The notes beneath the pieces were generated by a model. That model was not told where the DNA came from, made no database searches, and worked only from the letters and a program-made list of their open reading frames with translations. Both the position numbers and the translations under genes were made by a program. DNA of 63,994 nucleotides, the filler included, from Atractiella rhizophila (Eukaryota), in the NCBI GenBank assembly GCA_021432655.1. It is 13 parts of 11 records of this genome, joined end to end, with 100 filler letters (N's around TTAATTAATTAA, not from the genome) between each part and the next. Parts side by side here need not be neighbours in the genome. Positions count along the whole stretch, not along the records: positions 14,303 to 21,351 come from MU272245.1; positions 21,452 to 24,939 come from MU272246.1; positions 25,040 to 32,072 come from MU272247.1; 10 more parts are not named here. One strand, 5' to 3'. Of the stretch, positions 15,512 to 27,360 are shown piece by piece. How positions within the stretch are numbered: the stretch's first letter is position 1; each line of letters opens with the position of its first letter.

Positions 15512-16218
15512 TATGACCGAATGGAGATAATTTATATACTTTTTATTGCGTTTTACTGATTTTCTATGCTAAACTGTTGCAAGACGCGCCACCAACCCGT
15601 TCCGAGTATTCTTTCTGCACGACCGCTTAAATTTCAGTCCCTCTCTTGATCTCTAATGTTCCCAAAACCCTGCAATGCAGCCCGTCGATCGAGAGTGTCG
15701 AGGAGGGCAAAGGGATTGAAGGTTGCTGGATGCCAAATGGTTGTCCAGTGTAAGTCAGCAATAGTAAGTTCACAAATCTTTCACAGGCTTTGCACAGGGA
15801 GAGTCATACACTTTGCTGTAGTCACAGACTACGTGATCGACTGCATCTCAAGTGGCGCAAGAACGACGACAGTTCTGAGGTCCCAGTATAGGACAGGATA
15901 GCAAGGTAGCAGGGTCAGATTGAGATATTGTAGCTGAGTGTAAGCGTTGGCTGACTACTGGTAAGCCTTCCTTCCGGTGTTGTTGGGAGTGCGAGAACCC
16001 CTTGGGTCGTCAGGAGTCTCGCAAGGATGTGATATGTTGAGCTCAAATCCTCAATAGAGCATTCTATTTCCCGATCATATTTATCTCTAGTCAAAACGTA
16101 GTACACTAGATGTGTCCATAGTGATCTCAAACGCGTAAACTGTCTGCAAGCTTGTGGATAATATAGCGTTAGCTCTTTGGCATTTATCCTCTAATATATT
16201 GCTTGGTATTAAGCTATC

Positions 16219-18515
16219 TAGTAACTCCATGAGTTTTGGAGGGAAGAAGCGGAAAAGGAGGAGACCGAGGAGAGCCCTACGTAACGGGGTCTAGTGTGTC
16301 GTGTTAAAATCCCTTAACGTGTCAAGAGAGGTAGACGAACACGTTCTCTAAGAAGCTCGTTTATATGGGTAGTTGCATGAGACTTAGGACACATGCTGGA
16401 GGACCCTAGGAGAACTAGAACTGTTTCAACGCTTATAGGTAACCTAGAGGAGCAGCTCGTAGGTTGAATTACATGAAACGCTGAAACTAGTCCTCGGACT
16501 AGTAGAGTGGGAGGGTGACAACATGTGGACCGTGAAGGTCAGATAACTCTACAACTGCTTAGTAATTGGCATCTATTAGCTTCCGCACGTAGCATTCGAG
16601 GAGAGGTCGCCCTTATCGTCATATTAAGCGCGAGCTTAGGAAAGATAGGGATCAGAGTATTTGGCCGAGGAGTTCGAGGAGCCGTGGAAACGGTAAGGGC
16701 ATTTGCGAGGTTAGCCGCACAGCGAAGCTAGGAGTAAGTGGCTGTGGAAGGACCAGCAACAGCAGCGCTCTCGGAGTCAAGACGAGAAGGAGGGTGAGAC
16801 ATTAGAGAGGTGCAGGCGAGGAAAGGGAAGTCGTAGCGGTAGCGGTAGGCGAGGAAGGAGGAGGAGTAGCTAGGAACGCGCTGAGGCTGAGTAGGAGAAG
16901 AATACAGCGCAGGACCCAGGTTTTTTCAGGTAGGAGAGGTGCTGGAATAGATAGCCGCCTCGCTACCACGAGAAGTTGGAGAAGGCAGATTTGCCACGCG
17001 CGAAGCCTAGCTCCAGGAGTAGTAGTAGCGGGCTAAGAAGGAGCTTAAGCCTTAGTCTTATCCAACTTCTCCCCCTCCCTCTGGCTCTCTGCCCTCTCTT
17101 TCACAACGACCATTCCCATAACAATACCCGCAACAACTATCCACGACTCTACGCTGGTGCCTACGCTCGCACGCTCCAGAAGGAGGTTGTCAGCAACGTG
17201 TGAGCCTGACGGCGAAGCCCCTCTGGTTCTCCTCCTGGCCCCTACTTGACTATACGCGTAACCCTCGTCTTCTAGTCTGGCGTTTGAGCTGGACAGGTAG
17301 GGTGTCGGTACCAGTTTGTGGTGACACCTTTCCTCCCTCCTCCACCCATTGCATGTTACTACGAAGGCGGCTTTGCATACTTTTACGACAAATGTTCGGA
17401 GCGTTCATAGGCATCACAGCAGGCGGTAGGTCATGAAGAATATGAGGAGTAATCGGCGAGGAGGAGGTTTGGAGGACTTGCGTACGTGGTACGACGAGAC
17501 GTAACGTGGTCGTTCTCATAACGATGAGGACTACGATGCAGATAGTAGCAGACTTAGCTACCAAAGGCAGGAGGAGTTGCTTTTAGGTCCCTACGGTTAC
17601 CTCCTATATCGCCCACAAACCTGCGGTGAGGCTACTCGCCGGCAACCTCTCTCACACCTCCGCTTTCTTACCCACCCTATCTCTCGCTCTACACCCAAGA
17701 ACTCCACCCTCCCCAAACCTCCTCCACCTGCTAAGTACCTACGGTCCCTGGGTAGCGAGGGGCAAGCGCGCGTCGATTGTCAGGGAAGTTAGCGAGCCGT
17801 CGAAGCGAGCGAAGGAGAGAGGGTCGCTGCGACAAGCGAGGCTAGCACCTTTACCGTCCCCAGCGCGAGGGCGAAGGTGACGGACATCGACAATGGCTAC
17901 TGTTCATCGATAAGCAGGGACGAAGAGAGGGTACTCATTAACAACTGCAACTTGGCCGCGACTGCCAGCTTGGTGGCCTTTGCTATGCGAAGTGGGTTGG
18001 TTCGTACGAAGGGCAGTACGGGAGTGGAAGACGAAGAGGCAGACCTAGCAGGTACAGCCCTTTTACCTGCACTACCGACACACCTTTCCTCTGCATCCAG
18101 CCTTCTCGCAGCCGCCGCCTCTACCCTCTCCGCCCAAACAACTCATCCACACCTACCCTCTACCGCGCAAACACGCCTCCTGCTCGCCTCCAACCACTCC
18201 ACCACCTTCAGTACTACTAGACCAGCCTTGTTAGCTAGAAAACAATCGTAAATAGTACGCGGTTTCGTTCAATTTGTAACGTAATACGGTTCCCGGTCTT
18301 TCGAGAGAACACTTGTATATTTGCAATTCCCTCGGTTTCAAGTCCATGCGAGTTGTGTATTTTGTCGTCCAGTTTACTAGTATTGTATTGCACAAGACGA
18401 GACGTGTACTTGTCAAGTATTGACCAGAGAGTAAGGTGCTGTTCGTCCTCAAGCGCAGTTAAAACTGATATAATGACTTCTTTGTCTTTACAAAGAGTTT
18501 GTCTACCGAATTATC
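16219..18515. other. FAB1: Mirror-image (reversed, not complemented) copy 1 of the FAB1 5' half: FYVE + Cpn60/TCP-1-like domain
   Basis: Reading + strand bases right to left: ATG at 18213-18211; YWMADDTTDTCEACKQHFHTFRRKHHC|RVCGLIFCSQC...RVCNDC (17431-17188, GTACGT...CAG intron 17355-17292); MDIRNFVKIKRIPGGRTQDSEYVDG (from 16441). Confidence 0.95.
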
Positions 18516-18540
18516 NNNNNNNNNNNNNNNNNNNNNNNNN

Positions 18541-20544
18541 AGCCCTACGTAACGGGTCTAGTGTGTCGTGTTAAAATCCCTTAACGTGTCAAGAGAGGTA
18601 GACGAACACGTTCTCTAAGAAGCTCGTTTATATGGGTAGTTGCATGAGACTTAGGACACATGCTGGAGGACCCTAGGAGAACTAGAACTGTTTCAACGCT
18701 TATAGGTAACCTAGAGGAGCAGCTCGTAGGTTGAATTACATGAAACGCTGAAACTAGTCCTCGGACTAGTAGAGTGGGAGGGTGACAACATGTGGACCGT
18801 GAAGGTCAGATAACTCTACAACTGCTTAGTAATTGGCATCTATTAGCTTCCGCACGTAGCATTCGAGGAGAGGTCGCCCTTATCGTCATATTAAGCGCGA
18901 GCTTAGGAAAGATAGGGATCAGAGTATTTGGCCCGAGGAGTTCGAGGAGCCGTGGAAACGGTAAGGGCATTTGCGAGGTTAGCCGCACAGCGAAGCTAGG
19001 AGTAAGTGGCTGTGGAAGGACCAGCAACAGCAGCGCTCTCGGAGTCAAGACGAGAAGGAGGGTGAGACATTAGAGAGGTGCAGGCGAGGAAAGGGAAGTC
19101 GTAGCGGTAGCGGTAGGCGAGGAAGGAGGAGGAGTAGCTAGGAACGCGCTGAGGCTGAGTAGGAGAAGAATACAGCGCAGGACCCAGGTTTTTTCAGGTA
19201 GGAGAGGTGCTGGAATAGATAGCCGCCTCGCTACCACGAGAAGTTGGAGAAGGCAGATTTGCCACGCGCGAAGCCTAGCTCGAGGAGTAGTAGTAGCGGA
19301 CTAAGAAGGAGCTTAAGCCTTAGCCTTATCCAACTTCTCCCCCTCCCTCTGGCTCTCTGCCCTCTCTTTCACAACGACCATTCTCATAACAATACCCGCA
19401 ACAACTATCCACGACTCTACGCTGGAGCCTACGCTCGCACGCTCCAGAAGGAGGTTGTCAGCAACGTGTGAGCCTGACGGCGAAGCCCCTCTGGTTCTCC
19501 TCCTGGCCCCTACTTGACTATACGCGTAACCCTCGTCTTCTAGTCTGGCGTTTGAGCTGGACAGGTAGGGTGTCGGTACCAGTTTGTGGTGACACCTTTC
19601 CTCCCTCCTCCACCCATTGCATGTTACTACGAAGGCGGCTTTGCATACTTTTACGACAAATGTTCGGAGCGTGCATAGGCATCACAGCAGGCGGTAGGTC
19701 ATGAAGAATATGAGGAGTAATCGGCGAGGAGGAGGTTTGGAGGACTTGCGTACGTGGTACGACGAGACGTAACGTGGTCGGTTTCATAACGATGAGGACT
19801 ACGATGCAGATAGTAGCAGACTTAGCTACCAAAGGCAGGAGGAGTTGCTTTTAGGTCCCTACGGTTACCTCCTATATCGCCCACAAACCTGCGGTGAGGC
19901 TACTCGCCAGCAACCTCTCTCACACCTCCGCTTTCTTACCCACCCTATCTCTCGCTCTACACCCAAGAACTCCACCCTCCCCAAACCTCCTCCACCTGCT
20001 AAGTACCTACGGTCCCTGGGTAGCGAGGGGGCAAGCGCACGTCGATTGTCAGGGAAGTTAGCGAGCCGTCGAAGCGAGCGAAGGAGAGAGGGTCGCTGCG
20101 ACAAGCGAGGCTAGCACCTTTACCGTCCCCAGCGCGAGGGCGAAGGTGACGGACATCGACAATGGCTACTGTTCATCGATAAGCAGGGACGAAGAGAGGG
20201 TACTCATTAACAACTGCAACTTGGCCGCGACTGCCAGCTTGGTGGCCTTTGCTATGCGAAGTGGGTTGGTTCGTACGAAGGGCAGTACGGGAGTGGAAGA
20301 CGAAGAGGCAGACCTAGCAGGTACAGCCCCTTTTACCTGCACTACCGACACACCTTTCCTCTGCATCCAGCCTTCTCGCAGCCGCCGCCTCTACCCTCTC
20401 CGCCCAAACAACTCATCCACACCTACCCTCTACCGCGCAAACACGCCTCCTGCTCGCCTCCAACCACTCCACCACCTTCAGTACCACTAGACCAAGCCTT
20501 GTTAGCTAGAAAACAATCGTAAATAGTACGCGGTTTCGTTCAAT
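18541..20544. other. FAB1: Mirror-image copy 2 (allele) of the FAB1 5' half
   Basis: Near-identical to 16273-18273. Read backwards it ends ...IVLCDLGNASR and continues in frame into the forward EEPEEEKAKKGGFEY at 20545. Confidence 0.95.
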
Positions 20545-21351
20545 GAGGAGCCAGAGGAGGAAAAGGCGAAGAAGGGAGGTTTTGAGTACCTCAATGATGT
20601 GAGGAGGCAAGAGGACATCAGAGTTCGAGCCTTGAATTCACTGGGCGATCGTGGTGCTGACGTTCTTCTCTTCTCTTTTCGAGTCCCTCGACAAGTCCTC
20701 GAGCATCTCAGCAAGAAAGGCGTTTCGGTAGCTCACGATGTCAAATATCGAACAATGGAAGCCGTCGAACGAATCACCCGAGCGAGTATAGTCACCGTTC
20801 CTGAATTAGAGGCATACATTGTGAAAATGGACGAATGGGAGACTAAAGAGACGAAAGAGAAGGAGAAGAAGGAGAGGGAAAAGGAGGACACGAAAAGGAG
20901 CGGACTTTTCTCCCTTCTCAAGTCGAAGGAGAAGGAAGAATCTCCCGCCCCACCTCCTATCACTTTCGGCGAGTGCACCACCTTCCGCCTGCACACCTAC
21001 GTCCACACCTTCATCCCTGAGCGACGAAAAACGATCATGCGTTTCGAAGGATGCCCAAAGGACCTAGGATGCTCGCTTCTCCTTCGAGGAGGGACACTAG
21101 AGAACCTGGGAAAGGTGAAGCGAACGCTTGACATGATGGTCCAGCTTGTCTACAGCCTTAAGCTTGAATGCCACCTGCTAAAAGAGGAGGGCGCCGGACC
21201 AGTTTGGCCGCTCAGGTTCGATCGAGGAGTCTCTGAAAATGCGGAGACCACCTTCTCAAAAGAGAAGAGAAATATCGCTTTTGAGACATTGGAACGGGAT
21301 CGGCATGGATTCGAGCGGGCAAGGCTGAGTCGGAGGATTCAAGATAGCTTG
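20545..21351 (+). CDS. FAB1: 1-phosphatidylinositol-3-phosphate 5-kinase Fab1/PIKfyve, internal part (CCT-like domain)
   Basis: FGECTTFRLHTYVHTFIPERRKTIMRFEGCPKDLGCSLLLRGG..LGKVK..MVQLVYSLKLE; truncated at linker. Confidence 0.9.
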
Positions 21352-23268
21352 NNNNNNNNNNNNNNNNNNNNNNNNNNNNNNNNNNNNNNNNNNNNTTAAT
21401 TAATTAANNNNNNNNNNNNNNNNNNNNNNNNNNNNNNNNNNNNNNNNNNNNTTGATCTACATGTTTTTAATGGTGTGTTCATGTTCAATTTCGCAATTTT
21501 CTCATTCATTCTCTCTTTTCACACCGCTATTCTATACTTCATTGGAATTTAATGTTCTTTTCAATGTATACTGAGAAATAGTGCCAACTGGAAGATCGAA
21601 GGAAACGGAAGCGGTTACGAAGGGGAGGGCTGATTGTTGCGGCCATAGCTGGCCGGACCAAATGCCAGCGAAACATGAAGACTGCTCAAGATGATGACTG
21701 GGGACCCAAAATTTGAGTCCCTCACGATGTCGTTATTGGCTTCCTCGGCGGGATGTACGACAGGAATACCCGCATAAAATTCAATTTCGAGTTGATCGAA
21801 ATCGCAAACCGAGCGACGCTGAGATTCCCCTCATTACAGTCCTGAGGTGGATTTCCTAGACTCCAAACTCAACCTGCCGTGTAGGCGTGAATCCCTCCTT
21901 TGGATATCCAGGACTGATTTTTGCGATATTGCAGCAATATGAATATTTCGACACAGACAACTCAAAACCGCAGTTGACATTAAAGCAGTTGTTAGTAGTG
22001 GGATGGTCATCAGCATTGTTCCGTGAGACTTGCCGCCTTGCCGCCTTGTCCTGTGAAGATCATTTGCAGGCATCAAGCCATTGTTGCGATATGTCTTTGT
22101 GGAATGACGGGATCTGCAAAGGGTTGAGAGCAAGCGCCAACTCCACCACCATGACATTTACGATTAGAAGTCAAAATCTCAAGTTCACTAAATTGCTTCA
22201 ATGAAATAGGAGGTGTGTCAGCGCTTCACAGTAACCTATGGTCTGTAATTAAATAACGAACCACAGTCGCAGTATGCCACTTTATGGGACAAGACCCTTC
22301 AGTCTAATTGATTGATCGCGTGCCTCTCGAAGCAGACGCTGCGACCCTTTTGGATACTGTTTTGGTGAGAACAATCTGATGCAGGTCCAAAGCCCCAAGG
22401 AGAGCGTCCCTCATCCCGGAAGTGCACAATATACTCCACAGTGGGAACTTTCAGGCTGCTTTCAACAAAACGCAGCTCCGCAGTCTGTTTCAGTCTCAAC
22501 AGGAGATCAATGGTGCTGGCACTTGGTCACAGCTGTGATTATGATGCACACCATACCCGAAACCCCCCTAAACATCTGTTTCAGCTAAGAACATACGGGA
22601 GTATCTTAAAGACCAAACACTCCATCATATCCCTTATCGTTGGCTTTATAAGCCACCACAAAGACAACTCCTCGTTCCGGGAAGGTTGAAGACATCGAAC
22701 CAATGGAGGAAAGCCGACAGAGACATTAGGGCAGAGGGAAGCGAAGCAGGTCTGCGGGACAGTTGAGTGCAGAGTTCTGTGAATGAGGGGGGATTGGCAG
22801 TTGCAGGCTCCATCCTTAAGAACCAGGCGGTCGGGAAAAGACGCGTCTTGGCCAAACGCAGCCAAACGCGTCTCTTTCTCAAGCTTAAACCAAGCTTTAC
22901 CTACCCCAGCCTGAGCAAGGGCTGAACGGAGACTCTACTAGCTAAACGGTCCCTTAGACAGACGCAGGATGCCGAATGAAAGCAACTCTCTCGACCTTTC
23001 TTTGGAGGGCCGTAAGCCGCAAAGACAGAAGCATAAGAAGACTGCGACGACATTTCCCAAAATCTGGAACGATTTCTTGCGGTTTAGCTGGGAGGATGGA
23101 GAGGGTGCGCGTTCTATCTTATAACTTAGACGGGTGCGGGTTCGTTGACTGTTGTTTTGTCTTGGGATTAGTGGCGGAGGGGTTGTTAACACTCGATGGA
23201 ATGGTTGGTGAAGGCTGGATACCATCTCCGTTCGCACCCTTCTCCTAAACCTCATTCTAAGCTCAAAC

Positions 23269-24939
23269 ATGCCTTTAAGAGAGCAAATTCACATCCTCCT
23301 CTCGCTTCTCCTACATCCCCCCGCTCCGAACTCCAACTCGATATCATCCACTTCCTCCGCAAGTTCCCTTACCCAAGCATCAACTCCTGGTTCTGCACTC
23401 CGCCTCCTACGACGAATACTTGCCGTAAACGGTGCAGAAGCCATCTTACGCGCCGTCCCCAGCTACTCAGCAAAAGAAGGGGAAGAGCACACTCGACGAG
23501 ACGTCTTAGAGTGGAACGTTCGATGCATGTTAGGTCTTGAAGACGCCAAAGAAGGAGAAGAGCTGCCGGACCCATTTGCTGCTCCTAAAGAGGTGGACAT
23601 CTCTTACTTCGTCGTTGCGGATTCTTCCGGTCCTAAAACTAGCGCGACGGAAGGTAGAGGGGACGACTCGGACGCTGAAGATAATGTTCCAGCCGCTCCA
23701 TTTTCCGATAGACAACTGCGCTCCTCGCTGCGTCCAGCTGCAAAAAGGGGGATGGGTAGAAGTGTTGGAAAGGACAAGGGGAGCGATGATGATGAAGAAG
23801 TTGAGAAGATAGGTCCTCTCATAAAAGCAGGATGGAGGATAAGAGATGCTGAGAATGTGTGGGACATCCTGGCCGGGAAGGCAGGGAGAGCAAAAGAGAG
23901 AAGGGAAGGTGTTGTGATTTGGAATACACCGGATGACGGCCGAGAGGATGGTTGGAAAGCTTTAGAGTTCTTTGTAGAGTGCTGGGAGTGGGACAGTGGC
24001 CGCGCTTTCAAGAATGGGAAAGGTTGTCCTCACTTCCCCTCTTACGACTTGACGATTGGACTGACATGTGGATGTTAACGGCTGTAGGCATCAAGACGCC
24101 GTGCTCCAATTGGCTGCTCCGCCAATTCATGCCTTCAGCAGGTTCAAGGAAACGAACGACGAATATGAATAAAGCGCTCGATATCGTGTTCCTTCCTTTC
24201 CTGAAAACCAGTTCTACGTTAGAAATCGGAAAAGAATATTCGACCATTCGAAAAAGGCAGCTGAGCATGCGGCTACTAAACCTTGTGAGTGGTCTTCTTC
24301 AATTCATGCTTGTGGTTGAAGACAAGCAGCTCGTAGATCTCTGCACCGCAAACCTGCTAGACGGTGAGACTCTCACGTCTTCAATCCTCACCTCCTTGCG
24401 TTCCCTTCCGTCGTCGTCCTTCCGCTCTTTCCTCTCCCTCCTCTCCTGGCCTCCTTTTCTTTATCACTTAACAACCTCCTACCTCTCTTCATTTTCCCTC
24501 CCTCCGTCCGCCTCCACACTCACGCCAAACCTCTCCCAGCCTTCTCCATCACCCAGTCCGCGAAAAGCAAGTCTCTCAAAGGATTCGAGCGGGATGATAG
24601 TGGACACACCTCGGAAGGCATGGACGGAGCTCAGGAATGGGAAGAATATCAGAGAGAGATATCTCTCGAGAACACCAATCGAAATTGGTGCAGCCCAAGC
24701 CGCTCAGGGACAGAGGAGCGGAGACGGCGATAAAGAGGCTGAAGAAGAAGAGAAAATGGACGTCGATGTGGCGTCCCCAGAAGAGAAAAAAGCTCGAAAA
24801 GTCCCACGACGTCGCGCTCAGGCAGCACAAGAAGCACAGTCGAGTTTGAGCGTGGAAGAGAAAGCGCAGATGGGGAGGGAACGGCATGCTTTGGTCAAGA
24901 TGGCGCTGGTAAGGAGCGCGGTGGAGATGGGGAAGGGTC
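23269..24939 (+). CDS. Uncharacterised protein, 3' truncated
   Basis: Long overlapping ORFs 23269-24078 and 23952-24939 joinable by short GT-AG introns; no family recognised. Confidence 0.6.
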
Positions 24940-25039
24940 NNNNNNNNNNNNNNNNNNNNNNNNNNNNNNNNNNNNNNNNNNNNTTAATTAATTAANNNNN
25001 NNNNNNNNNNNNNNNNNNNNNNNNNNNNNNNNNNNNNNN

Positions 25040-27248
25040 CCTCTTGCGAATCATCATCAGTCTGATGAACTTCTCTCAGCCTGCTAGGAGTTTTGACATT
25101 TCCGCTTTCTCCTCCCCTTCTCCCTTCCCATTTCTTCTTTTTAGCGGTCATTCCGATCTCCCAAGCAATCTCCGTCATTTCCTTCCACGCCTCCATCTCA
25201 CTTATCCCTCTCACCTTCCTTGAGCTATGGCTCTGAGTAGCTTCCCTTCCTCCTGCTCCTCCCCTTCTGGGCGGTTTCGCAGGCGTGATGAAACGCTGAA
25301 GATTTTCGTCCACTTCATCTTCATCTTCATCGTCCTCTTCACCCTCAGCTTCCAAATTTTGGGAGGGACCATCCATCCATCCAAACCCTTCTCCGTACCA
25401 CGTAAAGCCTGTCCAAAAATCCCTCTCCTGTTCTATCAGTTCCCTCTTCTTCTGCTCCATGCTCCCATCTGTGTCTGCATCTTCATCTCTGGGACGCAAG
25501 ACGGACATTCCGGGGGAGGACAAGAAGGAGGTAAAGTCGAAATTTGAGGAACCGAACCCAAACCCGAAAGGCTTTTTGGCGGTCGACATCATGATGGACG
25601 GAGAGACGGAAAAGGATGGCTCCAGAGGAGGAGGGTGAGAGATCGGGGTGCCTGAAGGTACGGGATGGATGGAACCCCAGGGAACGCCTGCGAGGAAAGG
25701 GTGGTTCTTGATCCTTGAGTAGGAGAGTCGGCGCGGATGATCCTTAAGTAATCTAGGTGATTTATTCGCGTCAATCGACATTTGAAAGGGAGAAACATTA
25801 GAGGAGGAATGGGAACTGACCCGTTGACAAATGAGCGTGAGACGGGGGAGATCCGACCTTTGGTCGTTTCTGGAAAAGAAATGTCGTTCTGAGCACTGTT
25901 GTTAGTTCCTCTTCGAAGCTAGAAAGAATATGGAAAGACTTACATTCTTGTGCGCCGTTATCATTCTATAAGTCTCATTTACAGAGTCATGGAAGAAAGG
26001 CGTTTGGGTAGTTAGGAGCTATCTTTCCGATAGTCCGTCGTGAGTATTCCGTCCAACCATGGATCGAACAAGAAGAAAGGAGCATGCCTCATATGCCATT
26101 ACCCCAGTGCTCCACCAATCGACCTCCGCACCATATCCACCGATCTCGCTTTCTTCTTCATCCGCCTCCTCGCCAGAAACCACAACTTCATGCCACTTGA
26201 GAATCTCTGGTGCGATATAGTCGCACGTTCCAATAGGGACAATGCACGCCTCTCTCGGTACTTTGCTTTCCTGGAGGAGTGGAGCGGAGGAGCCGAAATC
26301 AGTGAGAAAAATGTGCGAGGAGGATGACAAGAGGATATTTGAGGGTTTGATATCGCTAATCGATCACAGGCAGAATTAATATCGAGAGTCCGGAAGCGCG
26401 AGATGGACGGACGGACCGATGCACCCATGACCTCTCATGCAACCATCCTAACACCTCTACAAGTTCTCCGATCCAAAACCTGACCCAGTCCTCTTCAATT
26501 CCAACTCCCTCAGCGCACGCATTCAAGAGGGTTTCCAAGTCGCCTCCAGGGATGTATTCCATAATGAAGTGTAGGGAGGTCGGCGATTGGAGCGAAGCAT
26601 AGAGAGTGGGTATATAGGCACTATATGAGGTCAAGGAGGAGAGAAGTGAACGTTCGTTCCAAAGAGAGTTTTGCTGCTCATTTAGGAAGCTTAGACTGGA
26701 CATGAGAGGGAAAACGAAAGGAAGACGGACATGACGCAATTTGTACGCGAATTGTTTCCGACAGCTCTTCAGGATGTATTTCTTCTTCTTCCCACCGTTT
26801 GCTGGAACCCCTCGAGGCGTAACGAGCTTGATCTGCACACAAGCCAGTCAGAACCATTATCGCTTCCACCACACGGAAACGAGCAACGTGGGAGGAAAGT
26901 CGTACAGAGCTGAAATTGGTCGTACTTAGCGTTTTGACGACCTTAAAGTCCCTCTCTGCTTCAATCACGCTCCTTTGGAAAACCTCGAACATCCTCTCTT
27001 CCGAGGTTGACAGCTCCACATCTGTCTCCTCATCAAGATCATCAGCACCTAGAGTGTGGGCATCGAAGGGTATGAAAACATGGATTACCATCACTTGAGG
27101 AAATCACATCTGCCAGCACTCCTAAATCGGAAAGGTCCAACTGGTCGAGATAAGAAGATGCGTATTTGGTCTGGAGGCAGGAGATGAGTCGCTTGCGTAA
27201 GGTGATTAGGGTGGAGTATCGTTGGGAGAATGTGTTGGAGGAGGACAT
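25040..27248 (-). CDS. AGC-group Ser/Thr protein kinase (DMPK/ROCK-like), 3' truncated
   Basis: YILKS, MEYIPGGDL, WVHR|DIKPSNILL, LTDFGSSA, IGTCDYIAPE, VDWWSTGVMAYE, IKNHPFLAGVPW across short introns; probable ATG 27248. Confidence 0.88.
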
Positions 27249-27360
27249 TATGGTCCACGGACAGCTTGAGCCTATAGCCACGTCTATACAGAAAGCTACA
27301 AACTGTCGTGACGCTGAGGCTGAGGAAAGGCAATGAAAGCGGGAGTAATGGTCGCGTGCC

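Noticed and set aside
16273..20544. 2.27-kb-period tandem repeat as a novel transposon/LTR pair, and the short ORFs listed inside it
   Set aside because: Fully explained as mirrored FAB1 alleles; the six-frame ORFs there are incidental.
21452..23260. Further mirrored block or gene
   Set aside because: Composition looks normal in the deposited orientation, the complement looks unnatural, and no ORF had recognisable motifs.
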